64,000 nucleotides of DNA from Octopus sinensis. Its lineage: Eukaryota. The stretch covers positions 17,360,001 through 17,424,000 of the forward strand of contig NC_043022.1 of the NCBI RefSeq assembly GCF_006345805.1, in the 5' to 3' direction. Positions 46,650-60,250 of the stretch are shown in pieces (position 1 is the stretch's first letter; the number at the start of each line of letters is the position of its first letter). The translations under genes were made by a program, and so were the position numbers. The notes under the pieces were generated by a model. The model was not told the origin of the DNA. It was given only the letters and a program-made list of their open reading frames with translations, and did no database searches.

Positions 46650-47275
46650 CTGTTAAGTAAAACAATGACATCATCATATTAAAGAATATAAATACAGGAG
46701 TGTGATATACTAACAGGAAGTCAAAAGAGAAAAGACAACAGGCAATATTGCAGCAAGAAAAGAATTAAACAACAGCAAATGGCTGAACATAACAGTACGA
46801 ATGCATGTGTGAGCAACTGTAAGTGTACAGGTAATAGATGAAAATGTCTGCATGCTTCAATGAAGAAGAAGAAACAAGGAAATAAAACAGATCATCATTG
46901 TCATTTAACATCCATTTCTTATACTGGCATGGGTTGGACAGTTTCACCAGAGCTGGCAAGCCAGGGAACCACATCAAGCTCCAAGAGGCTACTTTGACAT
47001 GATTTCCAGGACTGGATGCCCTTCCTATCACCAAGCGCTTTACAGAGTGTACTAGATACTCTTTACTTGGTGCCAGTTACTAGCAGTCACCAAAGAATTT
47101 GCAAGACAAGACCTCTCAACTGAGGGAGGGAGTAGTATAGAGGTAGGTGGCTTTCAGCCAGATGACGAGAGGTTAAAGGATGACAGACAGAAACAGGTGT
47201 CTTGCTATGAGGGAGATATGTGGTCACCCCAGCTGGAAGAGAAAGAGGAAGGTGGTGTAGATATGGTAGGGTATA

Positions 47276-47505
47276 CCTATTTCTTTATTACCCACAAGGG
47301 GCTAAACACAGAGGGGACAAACAAGGACAGACATAGGTATTAAGTCGATTACATCGACCCCAGTGCGTAACTGATACTTAATTTATCGACCCCAAAAGGA
47401 TGAAAGGCAAAGTCGACCTTGGCGGAATTTGAACTTGCAACGTAACGCAGACGAAATACCGCTAAGCATTTGGCCCGGCGTGCTAACGTTTCTGCCAGCT
47501 CGCCC
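47276..47505 (-). mobile_element. Young full-length tRNA-derived SINE (Deu/Nin-like domain)
   Basis: A box TGGCAGAAACG, B box GTTCAAATTCC, CpGs retained; similar to 1-131. Confidence 0.8.
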
Positions 47506-47990
47506 TCAAGTTACAGGAAGGGAAATAAAGAGAAGTGGTAAGAGTAAGAAAGCTGACAGAGAGTGAGAGGTGAGTGGTAAAGGGAGAGAAAGAAATGCAA
47601 GGAGTGGGGAAAATGGTTGGAGAGGAAAATAGCAGAAGGAGGTGACGGTTAGGGAGGTAATAGGGGGCACCAAAGATGATGTGAAGGGAGTTGAGGTAGT
47701 GTGTGCAATAGAAATGTTCAGTGCTAGATATATGCAGATGGAAATGGTTGGAGACAGATAGAGGTAATGGAGTAAGGGCTGCTGCTCGCAAAATGAGGGG
47801 ATATACTCAGAAAAGGGCATTCAGTGTAAAATCAGATGGTAAGAGACAATACTGAGAAAGAGAGAGAAAAAAGAAAGGGTTCCAGGAAGGGTGAGGTGCA
47901 CAGGAACAATAGAGTTACTCAGGTGCTGGAATTAGCAGAAGGGATCAACACATCTTTCATTGCCATAAACAAACAAAAGAAAGAAATTAC

Positions 47991-48437
47991 TTGTATTTTG
48001 GCCAGCTGTTCCTTCTGTTGCTGCTTCACCTTGCGTAATGCCTCATGTTGTTGTTGCTGCTGTTGCTGCAGCCGCTGCTCCTGCTCTTGTTTTCGCTGCT
48101 GCTCAAGTTGCTGCTGTTTCTTCAGTTCTTCTTGTTCCTTCTGTTCCTTCTGCTTACGCAACTGTTCCTGGTGCTGTTGTTGTTTTAGAATATCTTTCTG
48201 CTTCTGAGCCTCCTGCAATTGTTGCTTGCGTTGCTCTTCCTGCTGTTGTTTACGTTGCTCTTCTTGCTTACGTTGCTCCTCCTGCTTGCGCTGGTCTTCC
48301 TGTTTACGTTGCTCTTCCTGCTTGCGTTGCTCCTCCTGCTTGCGCTGCTCTTCTTGCTTGCGTTGCTCCTCCTGCTTGCGCTGTTCCTCTAGTTCTTGTT
48401 GCCTCTTCTGTTGCTTCTTACGTTCCACCTCTTCTTG
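47991..48437 (-). CDS. GIGYF2: GIGYF exon, Q/E/R/K-rich with RKQEEQ repeats (QEEVERKKQQ...QLAKIQ)
   Basis: Acceptor TTGCAG|CAA, donor CAA|GTAATT; 447 nt, phase 0 to 0. Confidence 0.9.
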
Positions 48438-49264
48438 CTGCAAGAAACAATATAATAATAGCAATAATCCTTTCTACTATAGGCACAGGCCCGAAATTTT
48501 GAGAGAGGGAACTAGTTGACCCCAGTGATTCACTGGTACCTATTTTATCGTCCTTTAAAGGATGAAAGGCAAAGTCGACCTCAGTGGAATAACTTAAAAT
48601 GCAGTGAGGGGCGAAATACCACTAAGCATTTCATCCAGTGTGCTAACAATTCTGCCAGTTTGCCACCTTAAGTATCACCAACTTCATAATAATAAAACAA
48701 AGTCAGCAATTCCATGTGGCCATACCTATCACTAGTTATCAAAACAATTAGATGATGTTGGTGAAATGATGGGATGTTCAGCACAGAGAAGCTGAAAGTA
48801 TAGTTATTCCCATCAATCTTCTTTGTTTCATTTTTCTTAACCAGTTTACACAGATGAAAATGATATCAAGAGATTAAACTCTTGATTATGCTGCCAATTC
48901 CAGAATCTTTTGGAAACCCCACTATCCCCTCAAATTCAAACATACTGCAAAAACAGAAACCAAAATATTCACCTGCACTAACTTTCCCTAGTCACAACAC
49001 AAATTATGCTGTGAACCTGTGTACAAACTGTTGAAAAATTTACAAAGGAGTTTTAGATTTATTTTTCAATGCGAGTATGACTTGTGTGTTATAGAAATGA
49101 GGAAAATTTGTAAAACTTGTTGGAGCAATTTTATTTACTTTATTTGCAGTACATTATTAATAATCACTCAAAGTAAGCTTGGTAAGTAATATTATATACA
49201 GTTGACAGAGCTAACAAAATTCACAACCGGGTTAAACACTGTGCCTTTATTATTATCATTTTAA

Positions 49265-49474
49265 CCCTTTTGTTACCAACCCAGCTGAAACCAGCTCTGG
49301 CTCTGAGTGCAAATGTATTGTTTTCATAAGTTTTGAATCAAAATCTTCCACCAAACCTTATGTTCCTAACACCAGCTTAATGATAACTAAGTTACTTTAC
49401 TTGATTCTTTGTTATATTTAAAATTAATTGAAAGAGACACAGAGCATCTCAACAGAAATAGGGTAACAAAAGGG
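49265..49474. mobile_element. piggyBac-type MITE
   Basis: TTAA then perfect 13-bp TIR CCCTTTTGTTACC ... GGTAACAAAAGGG. Confidence 0.75.
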
Positions 49475-50309
49475 TATATTTTTATAACATCAATAAGCTT
49501 TTTATTTGTGAAACTATGCACCCATATGTTTTTGTGATAGTTAAATAAATTATAAGTTTTAAAAATATTTCATTTTAACATTCAAAATCATTGAATGGCA
49601 TTTCATTTGTTTGCTCTTTTCTGTTTCTAACTTTCATCATCCAACTAGCTTATTACAATCAGAAAGTGAGAATCATTTGGAGGTGAGAATCCAACCAATT
49701 CTATAAACAACTGATATTATTTTCTTGACATGGAAGGGATGAAACGTAAAATTTAACTCAGTGAGGTTTTTCAATAATATAAAAGAACATTGCAAAACAT
49801 CTTGCCTGGCACACAACTAGATTTGCCATCTAAGATGTAAAGACATAAAAGAAAACAAGTAAAGCAGCATAGTAGAGGAAAACTGAGCCTGCAATCTAGT
49901 TTCAATTCCAAATTCTAACTATCATCATTTAACATCTGTTTTCCATGCTGACATAGGTTGAACGGTTTGACTAGAACTACACCAGGAGCCACACCTGACT
50001 CCATTAACTGTTTTGGCCTGGTTTCTATGACCGGATACCCTTCCTAATATCAACCACTTTACAGAATGGACTCGGAGTTTTTTTACATGGCACTGACACA
50101 GGTACTTTTTACGTGGCACAAGCAGGGGTGGATGGGCCTTCTAGGGTACAGCAAGATGCCAGATATCTCAATATTTCTTTGATTTACACATCCTCCAATA
50201 AATAAACTCTTATTTCCTTAATAAGGCCCATTAAGTTTGGATGAATGCATTTATCTTAATGAAAAATTTTAAATAGAGCAATAATTAAATGAGTTTAAAA
50301 AACAAAAAC

Positions 50310-50543
50310 CTGTTGCTTCTTCAACTCTTGTTGTTTCAAAGCTTCTTGCAGTTTCAGCTCAGATTTCTTTTGTTCTTCCTTAACTTTTTTCTCTTTTTCA
50401 AGCTGCACCTCTTCCATGTGCTTCTGTGCATTCTTCAGTTTAACCTCTTCTTGTTTCCTCAGTTCCTCCTGCTTTAATTTCTCTGCTTTTTTCCATTCTT
50501 GGTCAGCATATATCTTCTCCTGCCGCTTACTTTCTTCTAATTT
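50310..50543 (-). CDS. GIGYF2: GIGYF exon, coiled coil (KLEESKRQEK...ELKKQQ)
   Basis: Acceptor CTGTCAG|AAA, donor CAG|GTTTTT; 234 nt, phase 0 to 0. Confidence 0.87.
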
Positions 50544-51756
50544 CTGACAGAGAAACAGGATAATACAGAATGTATCAGATGTAAATAAAATGGAACCCAT
50601 CTTAAGAAAAAGGAGTAATATTCAGAATCTTTTCACTATTCATTCCTTTTAAAGTCTGTTTTTAACCAGCTGACAAAAAGTGGACAAAGGCATCATTTTA
50701 CAGCCTCATACCCCTTCCTCTTACTGACTTTTACCCGATTTGTTAACTAAGGGACTTTTATTCTATTTGTTTCAATAAGGAATTGTCAACAAATGTCACT
50801 AATTGCAGGAATTATATCAGATATTCTGATTCAGTAATTTTTGTCTAAAGTTCAACATGGCCAAATGAACAAAGTCTTCCAATTCTAACAATTAGATCTT
50901 CAGTCCTCCTTAAATGTAGAAGTATGCAGTGCTCTACCTTCAGTGTAGGAAATGTAATCGCTTCTGATCCTGCCCACTGTCTCCATGACAGAATTGCAAA
51001 TCTTCACTTCATACAATGTTTTAAATTTCCTTCTTTTCTCAGAGATAAACAAGAGAGATTGTGCTTGTGCCTCCTAACAGAGAAGAGAGGGGGTTCTACA
51101 ACAACAAATTCACAAATTCCTTTGGAAATCAGGGGCTCCCATCTTCTTGCAAAAATTCAAAAGCACCAAAGTAGTTGGTATTAACCCATTAGCATTTAAG
51201 CTGACCATATCAGGCACAAATGTTCTAGCTGTTCTAGGTTCAAACCATCTAGATCCAGCCTCTCACACCTATCTTACAATGTCATTCTAAAAATTAACAA
51301 TTACATCATTGAAATCTCAAACCTATGACATAAAGCAAGATTAATTCAAAACAGAACATTTGATAGCGTAATCTGAATGTTAAAGTGTTAACAATAAGCC
51401 TTTAATTATTTTTAATATGAACATTTTCTTTAAGTATTACTGATGTCTGAAAACAAGATATGGAAACACTGACCACAAACTTCCATCAAAATGGATATTG
51501 CTTTTAAGGTAATAACATTGAAACAACCCTGTTAGTGGTTGAATAACCATTTATTTTACTTTAAATTATTTCAATTCTCTCTCCTTCCATCCTTTTCTCT
51601 AATTTCCAATGATAGTAAAGGCAACCATCATAGCAACTTAAATCACTGTTCATAGTTGAATTTTAAAAATTAAGTGAAAACTACACCCACTGTTGAAATA
51701 TCTATCAAATAGGGGCAGGGAGAGCCTCACCCCAACTACAGAAAAAGATTTCTTAC

Positions 51757-51948
51757 CAATTGCAACTCATGGTTTTTCTTCATTTCAAGCTCTTCTTTCT
51801 GTCTCCTAATTTCTTCCTTCTCCCTCTCAAATTCTTCCTTCTCACGCCGTAACTGTTCTTCCTGTCTGCGTAGCTCCTCCAACTTACGCAGTTCCTCTTC
51901 CTTTCGCTCTTTCTCTTCCATCTCCTTCCGTTCCATCTCTTCGTGTTC
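51757..51948 (-). CDS. GIGYF2: GIGYF exon, E/R/K-rich coiled coil (EHEEMERKEMEEKERKEEELRKLEELRRQEE...)
   Basis: Acceptor TCTAG|GAA, donor TTG|GTAAGA; 192 nt, phase 0 to 0. Confidence 0.9.
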
Positions 51949-52133
51949 CTAGACATAAACATAGTACAACAAATTGCAGAGTGTATTATTTAAGTGATAG
52001 GAAACCTGCTCAGCAATGAACAGATTTAGCAATATTGTGACATGTTTTTCATAAGTAAAACAAAACTACTTTATATGCGGAGTTAAAGAACCTGAGATAC
52101 ACTTGGGTTCTATTTATTTTTAAATGTATTTAA

Positions 52134-53192
52134 CCCTTTCGTTACTATATTTCTGACCAAAATACACGTAATCATAAATTTAGTCTGGTTTCATTAAACA
52201 ACTATAACTTTTTTATTTATCAATATATTAACGGGAATTTTGGAAGATAATTTAATGAAATGTTCTCAACCAATTCTATACTATAATTTTTGTCACAAAG
52301 TGACTCTAATTGCAGGTAGATACAGGTAAATTCAACAAAATATAAAATTATAAAAATTTTGTTCAAACATCGCTATAGAAAATGGGTTATTAGCTAATAT
52401 TCAATTGGGTATACAAGAAAATTTTATGATAGAATTTGTTATTCTGGGTAACTTTCTGATACCTACAATAATATTTATGGCAAAATAGTCTTAATTTCAT
52501 TTAAGGTTATGGGAAACCACAAAGTATCCTTTCTTTCGCTTTGTTTATGTTTAGCGTAACGGTTCGTTTTCGCCGTAATGTGTTCAAATAGACTCATTCG
52601 AAAAAGTAAAAAGAAATAGTCTAAGGCTTTACTCTTCTGGGAAAGTCTGTGGCTTGCTCCAGTTTCTTCAGAAAAATCACCGAAAGAAACAGTTTTAAAA
52701 TTTTCACTCCATTCAGGTGCCAATTCATTTTCTTTATCGCTGTCGGAGCTCTCGGATTCACTGTTTTCACTTTCGGAAAATGAAACATCAGATTCATTAT
52801 CAAATACCACATGCTTTTTTTTTTTCAGTCATAGAGTTAGATTTATGAAGATCTTCAGTAGAAAATCCTTCGAATTCTGACTCGCTGCTTGATATAATGA
52901 AATTCGTATCCATTTTTTGTCAGAATTACAAATTTTGAAAACACAATAGGAACAAATTTCGGAAAAAAATCTCCCAAAATTCCCGGAATTAAAATTACAC
53001 TTCGATTTTTGTACAAAGCTGTAGTTGAACACTTTATGAAGTATAATACGTATTTTCACGAATGTACTAAAGAGATTTCCTCTGATATTCTCATTTAAAT
53101 ATGAATAGGTAAATTCGGGCGGTTTTGGGCGGCTTGGTCACATTATGCAAAATTTTTTTCGGACGGTTTCGGGCGGTTTGGTAACGAAAGGG
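52134..53192 (-). mobile_element. Internally deleted piggyBac element
   Basis: TTAA plus perfect 12-bp TIR CCCTTTCGTTAC ... GTAACGAAAGGG (right target site reads CTAG); acidic N-terminus and ..FFLLF...EHITAKTNRYA..W.PITLNEIK piggyBac transposase segment at 52475-52810. Confidence 0.85.
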
Positions 53193-53439
53193 CTAGTGTT
53201 GAATACTAACAAACAATAACTTGATATTGTGATTTGTACGGAGTTATGCAATTGACTGTAACACATTGTCTGGTAAAGCTGGTTTGTGGCTAGTCGCAAT
53301 AAAGGTAAAACTTGTTAAGAACAATTATTATCCTATTTTAGAACAATATCCATATTCTAATGACTGACTAAGTAACTAAGAAATCTCAATTAATGATAGT
53401 ATTTGCAAAAAGGAAAGAGAAAGAAAAACTTATTCATAC

Positions 53440-53546
53440 CTGTACATTGATAACTTTTCCTGGAGGAAGCTCACTTGGAAGTGGTAAACCTGCAGGCGGC
53501 CCTGTAGGGGCCAAATCCCAAACACTTGTTGGCTGTGACCAGTTAT
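53440..53546 (-). CDS. GIGYF2: GIGYF exon (DNWSQPTSVWDLAPTGPPAGLPLPSELPPGKVINVQ)
   Basis: Acceptor TTTATCAG|AT, donor CAG|GTATGA; 107 nt, phase 1 to 0; SVWDL motif typical of the family. Confidence 0.87.
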
Positions 53547-56500
53547 CTGATAAATAAAAGAAGTATTAAGCATTTGACCAAAAGTTGAAATTCGTTTTTG
53601 TAGCAGAACAAAGGTATCAGACAATTCAGTAAAAGGGTTAGATAATGAATAAAGTGCATACAAGATATGACAAGCTTCATTCTGCTCATAGGCCATACAA
53701 GACATTCCACTGCAACATGATAATCATTGTGAATATACTATGGTACTAGAGCAGAACTACAGCATAGAAGTACCTAACTGAAAACTTACAAGTAATACAA
53801 GTTTATCACTGTAGGTCCAATACATAGATGAGAGCTGAATTACTTTGATCAGTGTTCTAGCATGGTTATTACAACATCAATACGAAACACATAGTCCTAA
53901 GATTTAGTGCTTAAAACATTTCTTATTCTATAGATAGTAGGAAATTTGTAGAGAAGCTGCTATATCTAACAGACAAATGACTGCTAAAAAACTTTCTTGA
54001 TAATGGAATTGCTTGTCAACAAAGCTCAGACCCTATTCTACACTGCACTCTTCTACTACACAGTGGCGGAGGACAACAGTGTGCAAATTATTTGGTTGAA
54101 TTTATATTTTTTCATACAGAACTTATTGTGAAATCTTTCATTATTGCAGACATATTTTGAGGGAAGTTGCAGTCCAAACCAGAATCTGAACCCAGAGAAG
54201 TAATGAATATTATTCTATTTTGGCATTAGTCATGGTTACTCCAGCTGTTCACCCATGTTTGGTTGAATTTCTTCACTTTAACATTCAGAGCACTGAGCAG
54301 AAATCACTTTGCATCAATTCAGTTATGTAATGCTCTGTTTTAATTAGACAGTAGATAACCCTGGTCCATACCAGAACCAATATCCCATTCAATGATGAGT
54401 GAATGCCTGCTATGTTTGCAATGCAGTGACCACCCTGCAAAGGGGTTCGTCTCAAGGAGTCCAAAGCCATGTCACTGTACAGAATGCTGGATGTGGAACA
54501 ATGCTATCCACAAGCACTATGCCCCGGGCATCCCACACCAGCAAGTGTGACAACACAATGGTCCATGTGAGAGCAGAACCACACAATGGCCTGCAACAGC
54601 CTGTGCATTGAGCACAGGCCAGTTACAATGAAAGCGGCATCAGATTGGTAGAGTGTTGGCAGCCATGCCAGGAGGCTGTGCCCATGAGCCAAAGGCAACC
54701 ATGCATGTTAAATGGCCAACCACTGGTGTAGTGACGAGAGGTTGTACACCTTGTAAACCTGCAGAGGATGGTGAATCACCACAGACCTAGATTTTCCAGG
54801 GCTGCCAAGAACACTCCAGATACTTCACAAAGTATGGTACTGAACAGGCACCGTATCCATATCTCTGGATAAGCCAATTACAGGAATGAAGTCCTTTGTG
54901 AAAAAGAGCAAACTCTTTCCCATGGCTCCCAGCAATGTTTCAAGTTAACTTGTATTGATGCTGCTTTGCACAACTGCTGGCTTCAATGATGGATGCACCA
55001 GGAGTGCTTTGTATTTCCACAACCAGACAAGCACTCACTAAGTTCAGATCAGTAATATTAGCCAGATTCCCTTCTGATGTAAGGCCAGCAGCTGAATGAT
55101 TCACATTCATTCAATTAATCATCAGATGACAGATCTAGCTCCTTTCATGGAAGCTTTCACCCACTAAATCGCTGTTCACACAGAACTCTCCTCTACCACA
55201 TAATTCCAGGTTTAGTCCCACTGCATGGCAACTTGGGCAACTATCTTCAACTATAGCTCAGAGATGACCAAAGCGTTGTGAGTGGATTTGGTAGGTGGAA
55301 ACTAAAAGCCCATCATATGTGTGTGTGTTCATATGCTTACATTTCCTTGCCTTCAAATCAAGTGATAGCTGCACACAAGCATCACTATCATACAAGGAGT
55401 GTTACTCATTTCCAATACTCTGTGGAAACATGGCTGACAATGAGGATATATTAGCTTGCTTGGAAACAAAGGAGAGTTAGCAACTAGAAGGGCATTTTTC
55501 TGTAGAAAATCTGCCTCAATAAACTCAGTCCAATCTATGCATGCATAGAAAAGTGAATATTAAAATGAAGATTTTGATGGCCTTATTATTTGAATAATAA
55601 TAATCCTTTCTATTATAGATACAAGGCTTGAAATTTTGGTGGGAGTGGGGTAGTTGATTGCATCAACCCCAGTGCCCAATAGGTACTTACTTTATCAACC
55701 CTGAAAGGATGAATGGCAAAGTTGACCTCAGTGGAATTTGAACTCAGAATATAAAGGCAGACGAAATGCCACTAAGCATTTTGTCCAGAGTGCTAATGAT
55801 TCTGCCTGATCACTGCCTTAGTTTTTTATTAATAATAATAATAATTTTCTCTGTACTGTTCCAATTTTAGCATATGTACTGCCAAGGCTATAATAATAAT
55901 GTTCCAAATTTTGGTGGAAGTTCATCAATTTTAAGGGATGGAGAAAGTCAATTACAATGACCCTAGTGCTTAAGTGGTACACCAAAAGACTGAAAGATAG
56001 ATTTGAATTCAAAATGTAAAGAGCAGAAAGAAATGCAGTTAAGCATTTTGCTTGACATGCTAGCAAATCTGCCCAACCACTGGGTTGCAGTGGCAGCAGC
56101 AGCAGTAGTAGTAGTAGTAGTAAGGATAATAATTTGCTGTTGTCGTGTTTATGAATATAATTAGATTTTTGTACATTAATGCAATGTTTCAGGCATTAGA
56201 CTGTGGTCATACTGGGACACCACCTACCTTGCAAAATATTTTTTTTCCTTAACTACACCTAATATTTGAGTCTCAAAGAAAAGATTACAGGGTCAGTCTA
56301 CTTTTCACCAGTTTTGCTGCCTCATCAATCATTTACTGTCCAGTTTTTCATGCTTACATGGATCAGTCATAATTTCTGGAGGCAAATTTTCTCTCCCCTG
56401 CATCCAGATAATATTACATTTTTCCATAGTTAGGTTTTTCACAGATAACTGTAAGTAAACAACTTTGCTTGTATAACAATGACGTTGATTTACAACCACA

Positions 56501-56941
56501 GTGTGATGCCTAGCCAATGGTACACATGAACACACACACACACAATGAGCTTATTTTAGTTTCTGTTTACCAAATCCACTCGTATGGCTTTGAGCAACCC
56601 CAGGGTTACAAAGTGCCATGCAGTGAGACTGAATGCAAGATAACATGGTGGGAAGCAAGCCATGCCTGTACCTATAAATATGTGATTATAAGTGGACATT
56701 CACACAAACTTGCAAATTATTTATAAAAGTTAGACAGGAGTAGATTTACAAATAGTCCTCCTTAATGGATTTGGTATGCTATTTGTTAAAAAAAAATCAA
56801 TAGCCAACTTCTCTATAAATTAAACTGATTCAGGTGTATCTGGAAAGATAGTAACTGATTTTCAATGAATCTTAAGAAGGAATGTAAAAAATATTGAAAA
56901 TAATTTACATGAAAAGCCACTGTTTAAAGGCTGTTAGTTAC

Positions 56942-57060
56942 CTGAACCGACAGAATTGCCCCATATTGATGTTTCTTCATTTTCTGTGGAATCAGCAGGC
57001 TGAGAGAAAGAGCGATGGAATACTGATTGCTGTGGGACTGAAGCTTCAGGATGTGGAGTG
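56942..57060 (-). CDS. GIGYF2: GIGYF exon (TPHPEASVPQQSVFHRSFSQPADSTENEETSIWGNSVGS)
   Basis: Acceptor TTTAG|C, donor CAG|GTAACT; 119 nt, phase 2 to 1; below ORF-track length cutoff, translated by hand. Confidence 0.85.
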
Positions 57061-58123
57061 CTAAATGTAGCAACTCTGGTTAAGGAGACACACAAAATGA
57101 AATATGTTAAAACATCTGTTCGTCAAAGAAAAGTGCAGAAAATTCTACAATATTTCCAATTAATATCATTGATGTTAATAATAATAATGATGGTTTCTTT
57201 CAAAATATAATTACAACTTCTTTTGGATTAATGATACTAATAGCTTTCAACAAGGGTCTCAAAAGATTGTACAGACTTTTAAAAAAGGGCCTTACAGGCC
57301 ATGCAGTAACAATGCAAAGCACACAACAGTATCTGAGGATTTGGGGGGTCTTGATGTACATTAAAATAACTATTCAGTATTAATAATAAACCCTTGATAA
57401 TTTATGGAAAGTATAAAACAACAATAAAAACAGTGACTTATTATATGAGCACAACACTACAAATTTAGTTGGCAACACTGATCTCAAATGAATCAATCTA
57501 AGAATATGGCCAGTACTTATTTTATCAACTCCTGAGTCATGAAAAGCTTAATTGACTCCATTGAGATTTGAACACATAACTTCAGTTCTAGTACAGGGGC
57601 AGTCCATCTTTGAGTCGGTCCTGAGCATGCAAACCTTCTCCAGCACTTACTGTACAACCGGGGAAGAGCCAGACACTCTCCTGCCGCTGTTAAATAGATA
57701 ACTGGAATTTTGGCTACCATAGGATGTATACTGGGGTGGCTTTCTTTGCCTTCTCCAGGCAGGTGGGATGTGAACTCAAAATGGAAGATATACCATAAAC
57801 CACTTATACTGACATGCCAACGATTCTGCCACTCTCCCACCCATAGAAAAACATAAAATGAAGTATTTTGCTCAAGAACACAATGCACTGCCCAGTGTAG
57901 GAATCAAGCCTGCAATCTAGCAATCGTGAGTGCAACACCCAAACCACTAAGCTATGTGCCTTCACATAACATTAAGTACTAAGACAAAATACTATAAAGT
58001 ACTTATTCTCACATTTTCCCCATTTCTACAAATAGTAATTGATTCTGAAGAAAATATTGAAAAGAATATAGAATGCCAAAATGTTAAAATATATGTTTAG
58101 AAGTGTAAGAGAGAAATCCTTAC

Positions 58124-58366
58124 CCTGGTGGTGGGTGGGGTGGCTGCTGTGCCAAGAGTGGTGGCTGTTGACCAGACAAGATAATCGGTTGAGACTTCAG
58201 TAGCTGCATCATCACCTGTTGGTCTGGAATTGACATCATCTTACTGGCAACAGCTGGATCGGAGAGGTCAATGTGAGAGAGTTGTGGTGGAGGAGGTTGT
58301 GGAACAGCCTGATGTGGCTGTTGCTGCTGCTGCTGCAATTGTTGCACCATCTGCATTTGGAAGTGT
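58124..58366 (-). CDS. GIGYF2: GIGYF exon (HFQMQMVQQLQQQQQQPHQ...QPPHPPG)
   Basis: Acceptor TATCAG|A, donor GG|GTAAGG; 243 nt, phase 2 to 2; open Q/P-rich frame. Confidence 0.88.
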
Positions 58367-58835
58367 CTGATATATAATCAAAAAGAAAACATAAGCAGCT
58401 ATGAAACATCCAAGAAGGAAGGACACTTGCGATGAATCAGAATTCATTTCTGTGATTATCAGAACTGGTTCCTTGCATTGCTCTACAATTGCATGCAATA
58501 ATCCAAAAAGAAAACACCTTTAACGAGGCAGTAGGGAAGAGTCAGGCATACACTGAGTCAGACATTTTGTTTTATCAAAATATAAAATATTTGACAATTT
58601 TTGAAAGCAAATTGTCTCAAACTGAAATTGGAAGAAAGGAACAATCAACAATTGGAGTGTAGTATTGTATGGGTCTCAATTCATAGTGAAAAATATGCAA
58701 ACTCAAATCCCGACACTGTGAACCTAAATACTATTGAAAATAGAAACAATAAACCCATTTGTACTGACTTGTAAAATAGCAATGAAAGGCAACATGCAGT
58801 TTCTTGATTACGGGGTGAATAGATAATATCCTTAC

Positions 58836-59155
58836 CTGAACCACTGATGCTGGAATATTTGTTGCTGTTGCTGTTGGAACATGTACTGATGTATTAATGC
58901 CATCTGCTCTTGTGCAGAGACTGGAGGCTGTGCAGGCTGTTGATTGGGGACCTGTGGCACTGGTGGCGCCATACCTGCCAGAGTGGGATGGATTGGTGTT
59001 GGACTGGGACTGCCTGCAGTCGATATACCACTGGTAACTACGGGTGAAAGGGATTGGCTGACTATGGGTTGAGGTGCTAATGTCACCGGGGGACCTGCTG
59101 GTGCTGCTGCTAAATCCATCTCAATGTTTGGACTCACTGAATTCACTACATTAGT
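58836..59155 (-). CDS. GIGYF2: GIGYF-family gene, first coding exon visible in window (TNVVNSVSP...QQIFQHQWFR), Pro/Gln-rich linker
   Basis: Acceptor TTGCAG|ACT, donor AG|GTAAG; phase 0 to 2; joins in frame to next exon. Gene identity comes from downstream conserved exons (GIGYF1/2 family). Confidence 0.85.
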
Positions 59156-60185
59156 CTGCAACAGCACAAACAAAACTCTATATAAAATTATTTAATGATC
59201 ATCAGAGAAATTAAATAATTAAATACACATAACAAGTCCTATGAAAATAAAAAAAATTATCATTTATAAAATCCATCAAAGACTTTTAATTTCATATATT
59301 TTACATCCATTGTTTGGCAGCAATCAGGGTGATATGGCTTCATTTTGCAGCGTTATATTGGATACAAGTGAACACCCTTTCTCTAGCTCATCGTGGAATG
59401 AAACAAGATAACAATTACGAGACACGTGATAGACACCCTTTGGCATACTAACCATGGAATGCAACCTAATGACAGATACAAAATAAAATATACACTAAAA
59501 AATAATAAGCTGTCTTAAAATTTAAAGAAATCCAAATAATGCTAATTCGTTATCAAAGACGAAGTTTAGTCACAAGCCCAATATTATTTATGTCTATTAT
59601 TCTCCACTCTGGTAAAGTGAATGGTGTTAGGAAAGGGATCCTGTCATAGAAAGCAGACCAAAACAGACACTGCAGCTCAATGCAGTCCTCTGGTTCATCA
59701 GATTCTATCATAGCATCCAACCCATGGAATATAGACGAATGATGATGAGGAAATATATATATATATATATATATATATATCAATATTATTAATAGTTAGG
59801 GAATGTAATAATTCCAAGCTAACAGGGAAACAAATTTCAATTTAGTAAATCAAAATTCACAATATATATGTATATATATACGTATATACATACATGCATA
59901 TATATATACATACATATATATATATACATACATATATATATATATATATATACATACGTATATACATACATGCATATATATATACATACATATATATATA
60001 CATACATATATATATATATATATATACATACATATATATATATATATATACATACATATATATATATATACATACATATATACATACATATATACATACA
60101 TGTATATATATATATACATACATATATACATATATATACATACATATATACATACATGTATATATATATATACATACATATATAC

Positions 60186-60250
<65 letters not shown>

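Noticed and set aside
48038-48519. Plus-strand Ala/Val/Cys-rich ORFs (154 aa, 97 aa, 123 aa)
   Set aside because: Antisense shadows of the repetitive GIGYF exon
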